The notes: a model not told the origin generated them from the letters alone. A stretch of 64,000 bases of DNA from Akkermansiaceae bacterium (GCA_051251915.1 JBPOGF010000021.1:1-64000), one strand, 5' to 3'; shown: positions 1-9,589, counted from the first letter of the stretch. Translations and numbers: made by a program.

Positions 1-53
1 TAAAAGTAGAAGCTTACGGAGAAGCTTGGAAAGCATTCCAAAAATCATCCTGA
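1..53 (+). CDS. 3' end of a gene entering from the left (…KVEAYGEAWKAFQKSS*)
   Basis: Open frame from base 3 to TGA at 51-53, followed by a stem-loop. Confidence 0.5.
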   Translation, partial: KVEAYGEAWKAFQKSS

Positions 54-72
54 CTTATGTATAAAAGTCAGG
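49..72. terminator. Stem-loop CCTGACTT-N8-AAGTCAGG, possible terminator
   Basis: Perfect 8-bp inverted repeat overlapping the stop codon of the partial gene. Confidence 0.4.
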
Positions 73-354
73 GTAAATCCCTAGGTAAAATCCAAAACAA
101 AATCCTGTGCTAAAGGCACAGAGGAAAGCTCAGCGTTTAACCTAATCCTCAGACCTCCTCCGAGGCACATTCTCAGCATCCGCCCACGTTCTCTATTAAT
201 CAAAACATCTAAAGCCTCACGGATCAGCTTACCTTCTCATTTATTCCTGTGAGCTAAGAAGCCTCCTCAAAAGCATCATCGTCAATTATAATTGTGATTT
301 TCATAATGATGACAATGCGCATAAAATTTAATGTAATGTCAAGACTTCATCATC

Positions 355-416
355 CTACTCCCCCTGCCGAGTCTCCTAGTAAATATCAACCGACGACTTC
401 TCTTTCTTTTTTCTTA
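355..416 (-). repeat. Degenerate duplicate of the 3' end of the AAA ATPase gene (direct repeat, copy 1)
   Basis: 358-376 CTCCCCCTGCCGAGTCTCC is identical to 4394-4412 and similarity continues for about 40 more bp; minus strand reads KKKEKSSVDIY*ETRQGE* versus KKKSPIDIESETRQGEKQ*. Confidence 0.85.
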
Positions 417-452
417 TTATTACAATCAAGACTCTCTAACCTACACTTATAA

Positions 453-2066
453 TTATCGTGTAGATACAGCGAAATCATCAAATTTGACTTTAGGTTGTAT
501 AAATGGGCAGACCTCTCTATAACACTCGCAAAAAATATCATCTACTTGCTTTTTTATACTTACTAAATCATCTTTAGGTACTTGTAATAATAACGCGTCA
601 TGCATAGGCAATAGAATATCTATTTCGGGTAATTCATTATTAATTTTTATAATAATTTTCTTCAAAATCAAAGATGCTGATCCTTGTATACGTTGACTTT
701 GTGCACCTCGTAATCTACTTGAAATACTTTCATTACTAGAGAAATATCTATAGTTCCCGAGTGCCGTCCCAATACGATTAGTCTTATACAAATCATCTAT
801 TAAAGACTGGCGCCATTCAGCTAGTTTTGAGTATTTACTAAAAAACTCTAACAACGCATCACTTGCTGCGTTAGTATCTGATTTTGTTATATTGCAAATC
901 ATACCAATGATTCGGTCATTAGACATCCCATAGCAGAAAAATAGAAATATCAATTTAGCCTCTTCTCTGTAATCTTCTGAATTAAAAAGCGTTAACGACA
1001 GAGAAACATAAATATCTTTTGTGTTATAATCTCTTATGAAATTTTCATCTAAAGAGTCATTTGCTAATATACCAGGTTCACATTGAGCAAAATCAGGATA
1101 CAAAAGTATTTTGTTTTCATCAGCAATAATCAGTGATCTAAATTTTTTGGCTAACGTTTGAATTGATGGCGTTTGAACTGTAATTCTACCTGTAACTGTT
1201 CCAATAATATTAAAATCAGGATGTATATAAGAGCTGGTAACTCCTCCACACCTGAGCAAAATTAATTTTGAAGTACATGCATCATGGTATTTCTTCAGAG
1301 TATCTGCTAATTCATTATCTTTAGAATATAGCTTTAAAAGCGATTGTAGGCCGCTATGATTTTTCACATCTTCAGTTACTCCTGATAACGTTGGATCTTT
1401 ATCAATAGCCCTCTTAATTAGATCTATATTTTTTGCGTCAATAATACCAAACTTAATTCTCAAAATATATGAAGACTCAGTAATAGATTTGTTAGCGTAG
1501 CCAATACAATGTTGTAAAAATTCTGAGCTAATTCTTATACCTTTTATCTGAGAACGCGCCATTATTTGGGAAACTGGAACTTCTATATTCCAATAACGAG
1601 CAAACTCGTTATTCGATCTTAAGTCATCTTGAGATTTAAGCCAAAGTTGATTCAGGCAATTGGCTACATCTTGAATAGAATCTAATAATAATTTTTCATT
1701 TAGCTTCCGCACTCCTTTAAAGCAGTAGGCTAGATAAGGTTCATGTTCGGGCTTTTCTAATTTTTTTAGATACTCAATAAATGTAGTTGGCTGATTTTTA
1801 TATTGAAGGCGTTTTGGTTTCCCTCTTAATAATGTTAAGACTAAATCAATATCTAAAATGGTAGTCTCCTTCACACCATAGACATCACCAAAACTACGTA
1901 ATAATAATTGAGGATTGAAACTTATGTATGTGCTATTTTGTTTATTGAGAGAATTACATTCTACTTCAGAAATAATCATATCCTCGGCAGTAAGAAAGAC
2001 CCGTATAGTTGAATCTAAATCAACAGGATTGAAAAGAGGTATAATAAATTGAGGTTTCGCTATCAT
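453..2066 (-). CDS. Divergent stand-alone family A DNA polymerase (no 5'-3' exonuclease), RT-associated
   Basis: TVTGRIT motif; motif A DFAQCE; motif B REEAK..YGM; IQGSAS; motif C MHDAL; 537 aa, AT-rich. Confidence 0.9.
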   Translation of the reverse strand: MIAKPQFIIPLFNPVDLDSTIRVFLTAEDMIISEVECNSLNKQNSTYISFNPQLLLRSFGDVYGVKETTILDIDLVLTLLRGKPKRLQYKNQPTTFIEYLKKLEKPEHEPYLAYCFKGVRKLNEKLLLDSIQDVANCLNQLWLKSQDDLRSNNEFARYWNIEVPVSQIMARSQIKGIRISSEFLQHCIGYANKSITESSYILRIKFGIIDAKNIDLIKRAIDKDPTLSGVTEDVKNHSGLQSLLKLYSKDNELADTLKKYHDACTSKLILLRCGGVTSSYIHPDFNIIGTVTGRITVQTPSIQTLAKKFRSLIIADENKILLYPDFAQCEPGILANDSLDENFIRDYNTKDIYVSLSLTLFNSEDYREEAKLIFLFFCYGMSNDRIIGMICNITKSDTNAASDALLEFFSKYSKLAEWRQSLIDDLYKTNRIGTALGNYRYFSSNESISSRLRGAQSQRIQGSASLILKKIIIKINNELPEIDILLPMHDALLLQVPKDDLVSIKKQVDDIFCECYREVCPFIQPKVKFDDFAVSTR

Positions 2067-2070
2067 TATT

Positions 2071-3633
2071 TTAGAAATAAAAGCACGGTAGATCTGAATA
2101 TATCTGTGATGCTCTTAATTGAGGTAATTGAGAAAAATAGTCATCCGCATCTGAATTTGACGAGTTACGGTAACAAGCGGGGATAATACGATTATAGAGT
2201 GCTGTACTGAGCGACTGATCGTTAGTATAACAAGCAATCGAAAGTGTACGACTTAACATATTTGATCTGAGGTGCTGACATTGATCAATTAAATATTCTT
2301 TATCATGTATGTTACCACAAAAACCTAGATATAAAGCTGCACCTGCTTTATAGGGTATAGCTTTGCTTGAAGCAATACAATCACGAGCTGCTGCCTTAAG
2401 TTCGTTTTTTCTATATTCAGAATTTAATATAGCGACGAGTTGCCATAATAAATATGACTGCCATTCATATATATTTCTTCTATCGCATAGTGTAATATCT
2501 ATGATTCTACTCACTTGATTACTAGACAAGTCATTGCTTCTTAGGAAGCGAATAATAACATCACTAGACCACGGTTGGTTAATCAATAGCTGAATAGCAA
2601 CATCTATATATTGCGTAGAATCGTAAATAATGTCACTACATCGTGAAAGTCTCTCAATTCTATACATGCAAAATCTAAATTCTTTATTATCTGTCTCACC
2701 ATTAGCTATTAGATTGTTAGCTAACTCATCTAGTCTCACACGTGCCTGTTCTACGCTTCTAACAGTCTTTTGTTGAAAAAGAGCATCAATCTCTTCAAGA
2801 ATTGGATTATCTTCAGGAATTGCAACTCTATATCCGTCTTCCGTCCTATTTATAATAGAAGTTTTTTTCCCATTAACACCCAATTCATACTCTCTCAAAT
2901 GGATAATAAGCTCATACAGTGCTTTTCTAGCTATGAACTGATCAGAACAAACTATACGTATATCGTCCATATACCTGAAATAGTTATAACCTTTTAAAAT
3001 CATAAATTCGTCTAAACCTCGAAGAAATATGTTTCCTAAGAAAGAAGAACCATCACGATTTTGAGGAATACCTACACCACTTGCATTCCAATTATTAAGC
3101 AGAATTTCTAATCGGTCAAAAACTGAGTCATAACGCCCATCTGAATTAGGCTCACTATTTCTCAATTGAGAACATAATCGTTCATACCGAATGCATTGAA
3201 AGTAGTTTTGAATGTCGGTAATTACTACAACACTATCCTCATGCGAAGCTAATGAGTCTGTGTGTCTATTAAAATTTTTCCAACCCTCAATAGTATCAAG
3301 AAACATATAACTATTTTCACCTGGTCTAATACGATGACTATAAACATGAGGACTCAGCAAATCATCGTAATCATTAGAAAATCTATCGATTAATGCTTGA
3401 TACAATATACGTTCATAAATAAATATTTCGTGTGCTGACCTAACTACAAATGCTGGCTTAGGTATATTAAAATGTTCTGTTCGTTGTACTATTGGATTTG
3501 TGTCAAGCCAGTCATTAATATTTTCTAGAACAAGCATGTCATTGAATCCTCTTGGATCAGCAAACCAATCATCTCGCATATCTTTTTTTACTCGTTTCAG
3601 CGCAAGTGGAATATCTAGATCCGTTGTATCCAT
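2071..3633 (-). CDS. UG/Abi (DRT-like) reverse transcriptase with alpha-helical C-terminal domain
   Basis: IPKP..VR, ITDIQNYFQCI, GIPQNRDGSSFLGNIFL, RYMDDIRI, NGKKT; helical C-terminus; no HNH/maturase domain and no retron VTG motif. Confidence 0.92.
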   Translation of the reverse strand: MDTTDLDIPLALKRVKKDMRDDWFADPRGFNDMLVLENINDWLDTNPIVQRTEHFNIPKPAFVVRSAHEIFIYERILYQALIDRFSNDYDDLLSPHVYSHRIRPGENSYMFLDTIEGWKNFNRHTDSLASHEDSVVVITDIQNYFQCIRYERLCSQLRNSEPNSDGRYDSVFDRLEILLNNWNASGVGIPQNRDGSSFLGNIFLRGLDEFMILKGYNYFRYMDDIRIVCSDQFIARKALYELIIHLREYELGVNGKKTSIINRTEDGYRVAIPEDNPILEEIDALFQQKTVRSVEQARVRLDELANNLIANGETDNKEFRFCMYRIERLSRCSDIIYDSTQYIDVAIQLLINQPWSSDVIIRFLRSNDLSSNQVSRIIDITLCDRRNIYEWQSYLLWQLVAILNSEYRKNELKAAARDCIASSKAIPYKAGAALYLGFCGNIHDKEYLIDQCQHLRSNMLSRTLSIACYTNDQSLSTALYNRIIPACYRNSSNSDADDYFSQLPQLRASQIYSDLPCFYF

Positions 3634-3694
3634 AGTTTTTTAATTAAAACAATTACTTATGTTTTTCGTCATTGACGATATAATTTTAGATAGT

Positions 3695-4372
3695 TTATTT
3701 ATACAAAAAATAAAGAATTGCCGCAGCAGGTGGCATAATTATTAAAAGATGATAATTTAAATGCACCTGTCGGTAGTAAGATATATTTATTCTAATAACA
3801 TCACATATTGTCAAGTTATGATATTTAGACTTCTGGGTTTTGAATTTTTTAAAGTCTATACTTTCATGATTTGGATAGGAGGATATTATTCTATCATAAT
3901 CAGTAGTTAAGTCTTGTATAATAATTTTAATTTCATCTTCTGAAGAATACTCCTTAGCTTGTCTCAATTTATTATAAATAATAGCTATCTTAGTACCGCA
4001 CTGATCAAATTCGTGAGAGCGTAATTGATAATTCTTTGAAGATTCAATTAAACCAAACCCTAAAAGAAGTATTGAAGTAGCTGTCGTAAATAATGCGATT
4101 ATACTTGGATCTATCGTTTTTGATAACGTGTCTAATATGAAGGGGGCTATACCTATAATAATGAGATAGCTAGATAAGCATGTGAGAGCGACCTGCGAAT
4201 TATATTCTAAAGTTTTACATCGTTTTGCAGAGGCAAAACGAGTTCCTTTCGTAACCCACAATTTGTAGTTAAATTCTTTCTCCCATGAGTTATTAGTCAA
4301 ATATGGGGGTTGTTGAGATTTTTTGGGGAAAATTATCCTCACTGTTTTGATAAATAGTCTTTTGCCTTTCAT
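3695..4372 (-). CDS. SLATT-domain membrane protein (SLATT_5-like), putative effector
   Basis: WVTKGTRFASAKR motif, two TM helices, helical region ending YPNHESIDF, C-terminal TM. Confidence 0.8.
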   Translation of the reverse strand: MKGKRLFIKTVRIIFPKKSQQPPYLTNNSWEKEFNYKLWVTKGTRFASAKRCKTLEYNSQVALTCLSSYLIIIGIAPFILDTLSKTIDPSIIALFTTATSILLLGFGLIESSKNYQLRSHEFDQCGTKIAIIYNKLRQAKEYSSEDEIKIIIQDLTTDYDRIISSYPNHESIDFKKFKTQKSKYHNLTICDVIRINISYYRQVHLNYHLLIIMPPAAAILYFLYK

Positions 4373-4384
4373 ATATAATATTAT

Positions 4385-7300
4385 TTATTGTTTCTCCCCC
4401 TGCCGAGTCTCCGACTCAATATCAATCGGAGACTTCTTCTTCCCCTTCTTCTTACTGGTCTTCTCCATACTCTCAACCCCATCCTCCTGATCCGCGATCA
4501 AATTAATATCCACCTCCACCGGCACCGCCCGCAACCCAGAAATAATCTTCTCCAACTGACCAATCGTCTCCTCATTCAACGTCTGCGGTCTACTATAACT
4601 ACTCGATGCCGTATTAATCGAATCATTAATCGAAGTCAACTGAGCCACCAACCGCGTCACCGGATCATCCTCACCATTCCCCCCAATCATCTTATTCTTC
4701 GTAAAATCCTTCTTAATACTCTCCCACCTAGCAGCCTCCTCAGGAGTCGCAAGATCCTCCATTTCCTTAAATTTCAACAAATTCGACTCCGCCCCACTCG
4801 TCAAGGTCTGCGACTCATTCTCATAGTGATCCTGAATAATATCCAACACCTCCTGATCCGTCATCAAAGGAATAATCTTCTCCGCAATCCGATTCATATT
4901 CCGGTAAGACCCCTGCAACTTAAACGGCGGCTCCGTCCGATAATCATCCTCCTGAGCAGCACTCTCAATATACTGCAAATTCACCCGCAAAATCGCATCC
5001 CTTACACGATAAAGATGCTTCGTCACCTTCACCATCTCATCAATCTCCGCCGGCGTATAATTCCCCTCAAAATCAACTCCCTCCTGACTCCCTGTCTCCG
5101 CAATCTGCATCACCGCATACACATCCTTCTGACTCTTACTAGCCAACTTACTCAACACCTTGTTAGAAGTAAGCGAGTTCTCAATATAAGAAGCCTTAAA
5201 GTCCTCCGCAGCACCACCAATAATATCACCCAAGTTATAAGTATCAGCACGGTTCGCTAACATATCAGGAATCTGAAACTTCCCACCAGTCTCCGTATAA
5301 GGATTACCTGCCATCACCACAGCCACCTTCTTACCACGCAGATCATACGTCCTAGCCACCCCATTATAAACACCCTCAATCTTACGCTGAGCATCACATA
5401 GAGAAATGAATTTCTGCAAAAACTCAGAATGAGTATGCTGAATATCATCCAGATAAATCAACACATTATCACCCATCTCCAGCGCCAAGTTCAGCTTCTT
5501 CACCTCCTCCTTAGCAGTCGCATTCGGAGCCTCCGCAGGATCCAGAGAAACCACATCATGCCCCAGCGCCGGCCCATTGATCTTCATAAACGTCAGCCCC
5601 AACCGATTCGCAATATACTCCATGATCGTCGTCTTACCATAACCCGGAGGCGAAATAAGCAACAACATCCCCATCCTATCCGTCCGCGTATCCTTATCCG
5701 CCGTCCCTAACTGCTTCGCCAAATTATCTCCAATCATCGGAAGATAAATATTATTCAGCAACTTATTACGCACAAACGCAGACATCACCTTCGGCTTAAA
5801 CTCATCCAACCGCATCGCAACCCGCTTCATCTCCACCAACTCATGCTTACTATCCTGATAAGCCTGAAATGTCGGAACATCAACCTGAGCAAACTGCCTC
5901 AGCTTATCCATAAATTCATTATAATGCAGATGGTAAATCCCATTCTCCACCACACCATGCGCCCCTATCATCCCCTCAACCTCACTAGACACACGCACAT
6001 CAAGAACCTCAAGCTGTTGGAAATCCCCTCGCAAAATATGTGCCGCTGCCTCCGGCAAATAATGATCCGCACTTGATGACTCCAAATCAATATAACCCAA
6101 CAAATCCTGAATCACCTCAAACTTAGCAACATTCTGCCCAGCAAGAGAACTCAACAACCCATCAAATTCCTTCTCCCTATGTTTCACCGCCAACTGATGC
6201 CTAAACCTCTTCACCATCTCCGCAGCCTCCGGAGACACCACAAAACGACCAGCTCCTGCCGTCTCACTATCCTCACAAAGCTGATCAAACAAATAATTCG
6301 CCACACTCCCCAACTGCCCAGACACAGCCTGCGCCGCCGGCTTCTCCTCTACCCAACTTTCCAAATGCCTCTGCAACTGCAAAATATAAGGATGGTTCTC
6401 AACACTCCGCCCCGCACGCCCACGGCCGTGAGAAGCCACCTTGATCGCCAAAGTATCCTTCTCCTCAGACGCCCAACTCTCCCAAAAAAGAATCGCCAAC
6501 GCCCGATCCCGCGGATCGTAACTCAACAACCCAATATCCTCATGAATAGGTAATATAGCCTCTAACAACTTCGCCGCATCCACATCATGCACCCCCTTAG
6601 TATAAGCCTCCGCATACCTAGGCTGAGAAAATCTCTGCACCTCCGCCAATAAATCAATACCCGCCTCATTATCATCAGAAGTAAGCAACGCCAACGTCTC
6701 CCTACTCCGCAACATCTGATAAACCAAATACTCCGAACGATAAACCCGCTTATTCTCAGAAATTACCTCCTGATCCCAAACATCCCTAGTAGACAGGAAC
6801 GTTTCATCCGTAATCCGCTCAAAATAATCCGTCCCACTCAAATGAAAGCACATATGCTCCTCATGAGGCACCACAGTTAGCTGCAGCTCCTGCGTATTCA
6901 CATTGAATTTCTGCTTACCAAACTGGATGATATTCTTCCCATCCACATACAACTCATTCCTATCCTTCAGCTGACGCACCGCATCCTCACGCGTAGTCTT
7001 CAACCGCGTCTGGATATCATCCGCCTTCACACTATCCCCCAGCTCAGTCAGCTGAGAAATAATATCACGCACCTTCTCAATCATCAGATCACCAGCAAAA
7101 TAACCATTGATCTCATTAATCTCCTTAAACCCACTAACCCGATTCTTAATCCCAGAAAGAATCCTCTCCGCAGACTTAATCAACGTATTCGCACGCTTAC
7201 TCTTCTTCTCTAACAACTGCTGCTTCCTACCCTCAAACGCATTATAAACCTCCTCACGCTTCGTCGTCAGCTCCTCCACATAATCATCAAACTCAGAAAA

Positions 7301-9487
7301 CTTACCCTCAAGCTCCTCAATCTGAATCATCACTTTCGTCAAATACCCCTCAGTCTTCTCCGCAGTATCACAAAGATCCAGATAACTCACCACCGCCTGA
7401 GACAACAACTTCATCTGCGAGCCAAACTGCGCCACACCCTCAGACTTCGACAAATCCCTACGCTTATTCTTCAACTCCACCTTCACCCCATTCAACGTCG
7501 AATAAATCGAAGATATAGAATCAATAATCGCCGTCGTCTGCGTAGAATCTTCAATCTTCAAATTAGAAACCACATCAATCAACATCTCCAACTCCAAACC
7601 AGATTCCGTCAGAGATTCCCCTAACTCATCAACCTCAGTAACCTTCACCAACTTACCAAGCTCCTTCTTCTGCTCATCCACCTTCGACCGATAAGGATCC
7701 AATGACTCCGGCTCTAACAAAAACGCCACCGTCTTATCAGAAACAGCCTCCGTAGCCGCTATCACCCGCGCCTCCAGCTCCTCAGTAGCCTCCACATCCA
7801 TATACCGCATCTCCCTCGTAGAAATAATCTCACCACGAATCGTCCTAAGCTCAGACAACTGCCTAACAAACCCCAAAATATCATCCGGCGGTGAATGCTC
7901 AGCAATGCGTAAAATCTTACCACAACGCTCACTAATATCAGCCAACCTATCCTTAGCAGCTATCCGCAAACGTGTCACCTTATCAAACTCCTCAATCGCA
8001 GAATTCGCAGCCCCATTGATAAGCTTTAACGGCTCACCCAAATGCTGAGTCTCCGCCCGGTTTATCCAGAAATAACCATCCAGAATATCAGAAGACTTCT
8101 TAACCAAATCAATATAAAGCCCCCCATAATTATCATCCTTAGCAACCAACGTAAGAATCTCCCGACACTCCGCCATCGCAGCCACTATCTCCGCATTCCC
8201 TATCTTAAACAAATAAGAAGTCTCATCCTTCTGCTGCGCCGCCACCGCCTCCTGGCTAAGAATCGGCGTCTGCCAGATCTGAATACTATGGTACTTCTGC
8301 GCCTCTAACTCCGTCTTAAAATACAACAACTCACCATTATCAAAAATCGAATAACCATTACACAAAACCGGCGTAGAAACCTCACGCTCGATCAGGTTGT
8401 AGCTCAACAAAGCATAATCACCACTCACCCGATTATAGAAAGCAAACAACGTATCCTCACCATTCGCAGAGCTCACCCTACGCTCAAACCTCATATCCGT
8501 TAACCCGTGATCAAACGTCTTCAACTCACCACTCAACAAATAATAACCATTCGCAAAAATAATCCCGTGATCCTCCGGCAACAACACACACGAATTACCA
8601 ATCGCATCAATCCGCTCCACACTATGCGTCTTCTCATTAAACACAAAATAACGATAGTTCGCTTCCCGATAAGGCAAAATCTTCAGCAAAATCAGCGGCC
8701 CCACCACCGCAAAATAAATCTCAGAATCATCCAGTGACTGATCCTTATCCTCCACCTCCTCAGAATAAACCCCCACCCCATCAGCCGTATTATCCTCTAT
8801 CTTGATCGTCAGATCACCACCCACAGTCTCCACAAAAACCCTATCCTCAATAGAAATATGCGGATGCTCCCCACTACGGTGCATATCCCTATTACACCGC
8901 TTCCAGTCAAACTCATGCTGCCGAGGAAACACATACTCATGATCAAACCTATTCCCCTCATAGCTCAACGTCCCATCCCCATTTATCAACCACTTAAACG
9001 TCTTAATATCAGTATACTCCTTACCAATCTTCAACGCCATATACAAATATGGCCCTATCGCCATCATCTTCGCAAAAACCGTCTCCCGATAATACTTATA
9101 AAGATACTGAAAATCCTCACCAAACGCCCCATCACTCAAAACAGACTCAATAGGCACCTGACTAAACGTATGCTCCACCGGATCATAATCATAAGCCGCA
9201 AACACATCACTAATATCCGTAGTCGTCTTCAACCCAAACTGAATATTATACCCAAAAATAAACCGATTATTCCCAATAGAAATCAGATCCCGAGGCGTAC
9301 AATTATGCTCAGTAGTCACCCGCTCCGTAGAAACCAACGCAGCCTCCACAGCCCCAAAAATAGACTTCCGCTCCTCATTCAGCGTATCCAACCGCCCCCT
9401 AAGATCCCCCGCCTGCTTCTGCAAACGAGCCTGAATCACCTCATACGCCCCACCTTCGAGCTGCTGCTTATTATTTTCCTCTGACAT
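4385..9487 (-). CDS. Giant flotillin-associated AAA+ ATPase ('DNA repair ATPase'/DUF3686-type): beta-rich N-terminus, coiled coil, AAA domain
   Basis: Walker A SPPGYGKTT, Walker B IYLDD, long coiled coil; lies downstream of yqiJ-flotillin. Confidence 0.85.
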   Translation of the reverse strand: MSEENNKQQLEGGAYEVIQARLQKQAGDLRGRLDTLNEERKSIFGAVEAALVSTERVTTEHNCTPRDLISIGNNRFIFGYNIQFGLKTTTDISDVFAAYDYDPVEHTFSQVPIESVLSDGAFGEDFQYLYKYYRETVFAKMMAIGPYLYMALKIGKEYTDIKTFKWLINGDGTLSYEGNRFDHEYVFPRQHEFDWKRCNRDMHRSGEHPHISIEDRVFVETVGGDLTIKIEDNTADGVGVYSEEVEDKDQSLDDSEIYFAVVGPLILLKILPYREANYRYFVFNEKTHSVERIDAIGNSCVLLPEDHGIIFANGYYLLSGELKTFDHGLTDMRFERRVSSANGEDTLFAFYNRVSGDYALLSYNLIEREVSTPVLCNGYSIFDNGELLYFKTELEAQKYHSIQIWQTPILSQEAVAAQQKDETSYLFKIGNAEIVAAMAECREILTLVAKDDNYGGLYIDLVKKSSDILDGYFWINRAETQHLGEPLKLINGAANSAIEEFDKVTRLRIAAKDRLADISERCGKILRIAEHSPPDDILGFVRQLSELRTIRGEIISTREMRYMDVEATEELEARVIAATEAVSDKTVAFLLEPESLDPYRSKVDEQKKELGKLVKVTEVDELGESLTESGLELEMLIDVVSNLKIEDSTQTTAIIDSISSIYSTLNGVKVELKNKRRDLSKSEGVAQFGSQMKLLSQAVVSYLDLCDTAEKTEGYLTKVMIQIEELEGKFSEFDDYVEELTTKREEVYNAFEGRKQQLLEKKSKRANTLIKSAERILSGIKNRVSGFKEINEINGYFAGDLMIEKVRDIISQLTELGDSVKADDIQTRLKTTREDAVRQLKDRNELYVDGKNIIQFGKQKFNVNTQELQLTVVPHEEHMCFHLSGTDYFERITDETFLSTRDVWDQEVISENKRVYRSEYLVYQMLRSRETLALLTSDDNEAGIDLLAEVQRFSQPRYAEAYTKGVHDVDAAKLLEAILPIHEDIGLLSYDPRDRALAILFWESWASEEKDTLAIKVASHGRGRAGRSVENHPYILQLQRHLESWVEEKPAAQAVSGQLGSVANYLFDQLCEDSETAGAGRFVVSPEAAEMVKRFRHQLAVKHREKEFDGLLSSLAGQNVAKFEVIQDLLGYIDLESSSADHYLPEAAAHILRGDFQQLEVLDVRVSSEVEGMIGAHGVVENGIYHLHYNEFMDKLRQFAQVDVPTFQAYQDSKHELVEMKRVAMRLDEFKPKVMSAFVRNKLLNNIYLPMIGDNLAKQLGTADKDTRTDRMGMLLLISPPGYGKTTIMEYIANRLGLTFMKINGPALGHDVVSLDPAEAPNATAKEEVKKLNLALEMGDNVLIYLDDIQHTHSEFLQKFISLCDAQRKIEGVYNGVARTYDLRGKKVAVVMAGNPYTETGGKFQIPDMLANRADTYNLGDIIGGAAEDFKASYIENSLTSNKVLSKLASKSQKDVYAVMQIAETGSQEGVDFEGNYTPAEIDEMVKVTKHLYRVRDAILRVNLQYIESAAQEDDYRTEPPFKLQGSYRNMNRIAEKIIPLMTDQEVLDIIQDHYENESQTLTSGAESNLLKFKEMEDLATPEEAARWESIKKDFTKNKMIGGNGEDDPVTRLVAQLTSINDSINTASSSYSRPQTLNEETIGQLEKIISGLRAVPVEVDINLIADQEDGVESMEKTSKKKGKKKSPIDIESETRQGEKQ
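4394..4454 (-). repeat. Direct repeat copy 2 (functional 3' end of the ATPase gene)
   Basis: Matches 358-416 with a 19-bp exact core. Confidence 0.85.
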
Positions 9488-9560
9488 TGGTTTATGATAC
9501 TGCTTTTACTACTGAATTATTATTGGGCTTTGTTGCTTGAGCCTTAACCTACGGTGCTTT

Positions 9561-9589
9561 ACCACGAAGCTACACGAATTTTCACGAAT
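9561..9589. repeat. Left inverted repeat of the GxxExxY cassette (3x CACGAA at 10-bp period)
   Basis: ACCACGAAGCTACACGAATTTTCACGAAT; 28/29 match to the reverse complement of 10025-10053. Confidence 0.9.

Noticed and set aside
453..2066. Housekeeping DNA polymerase I (polA)
   Set aside because: Only 537 aa, no 5'-3' exonuclease, divergent motifs, foreign composition, coupled to the RT
2071..3633. RT as a group II intron, retron, DGR or CRISPR-associated RT
   Set aside because: No maturase/HNH domain or intron RNA space, no VTG motif or msr-msd room, no TR/VR pair or avd, no cas genes or array
4388..9484. Long plus-strand ORFs (e.g. 4388-5260, 8858-9484) antisense to the ATPase
   Set aside because: Shadow ORFs produced by the strand skew; I/L/R/P/H-rich with no protein-like motifs
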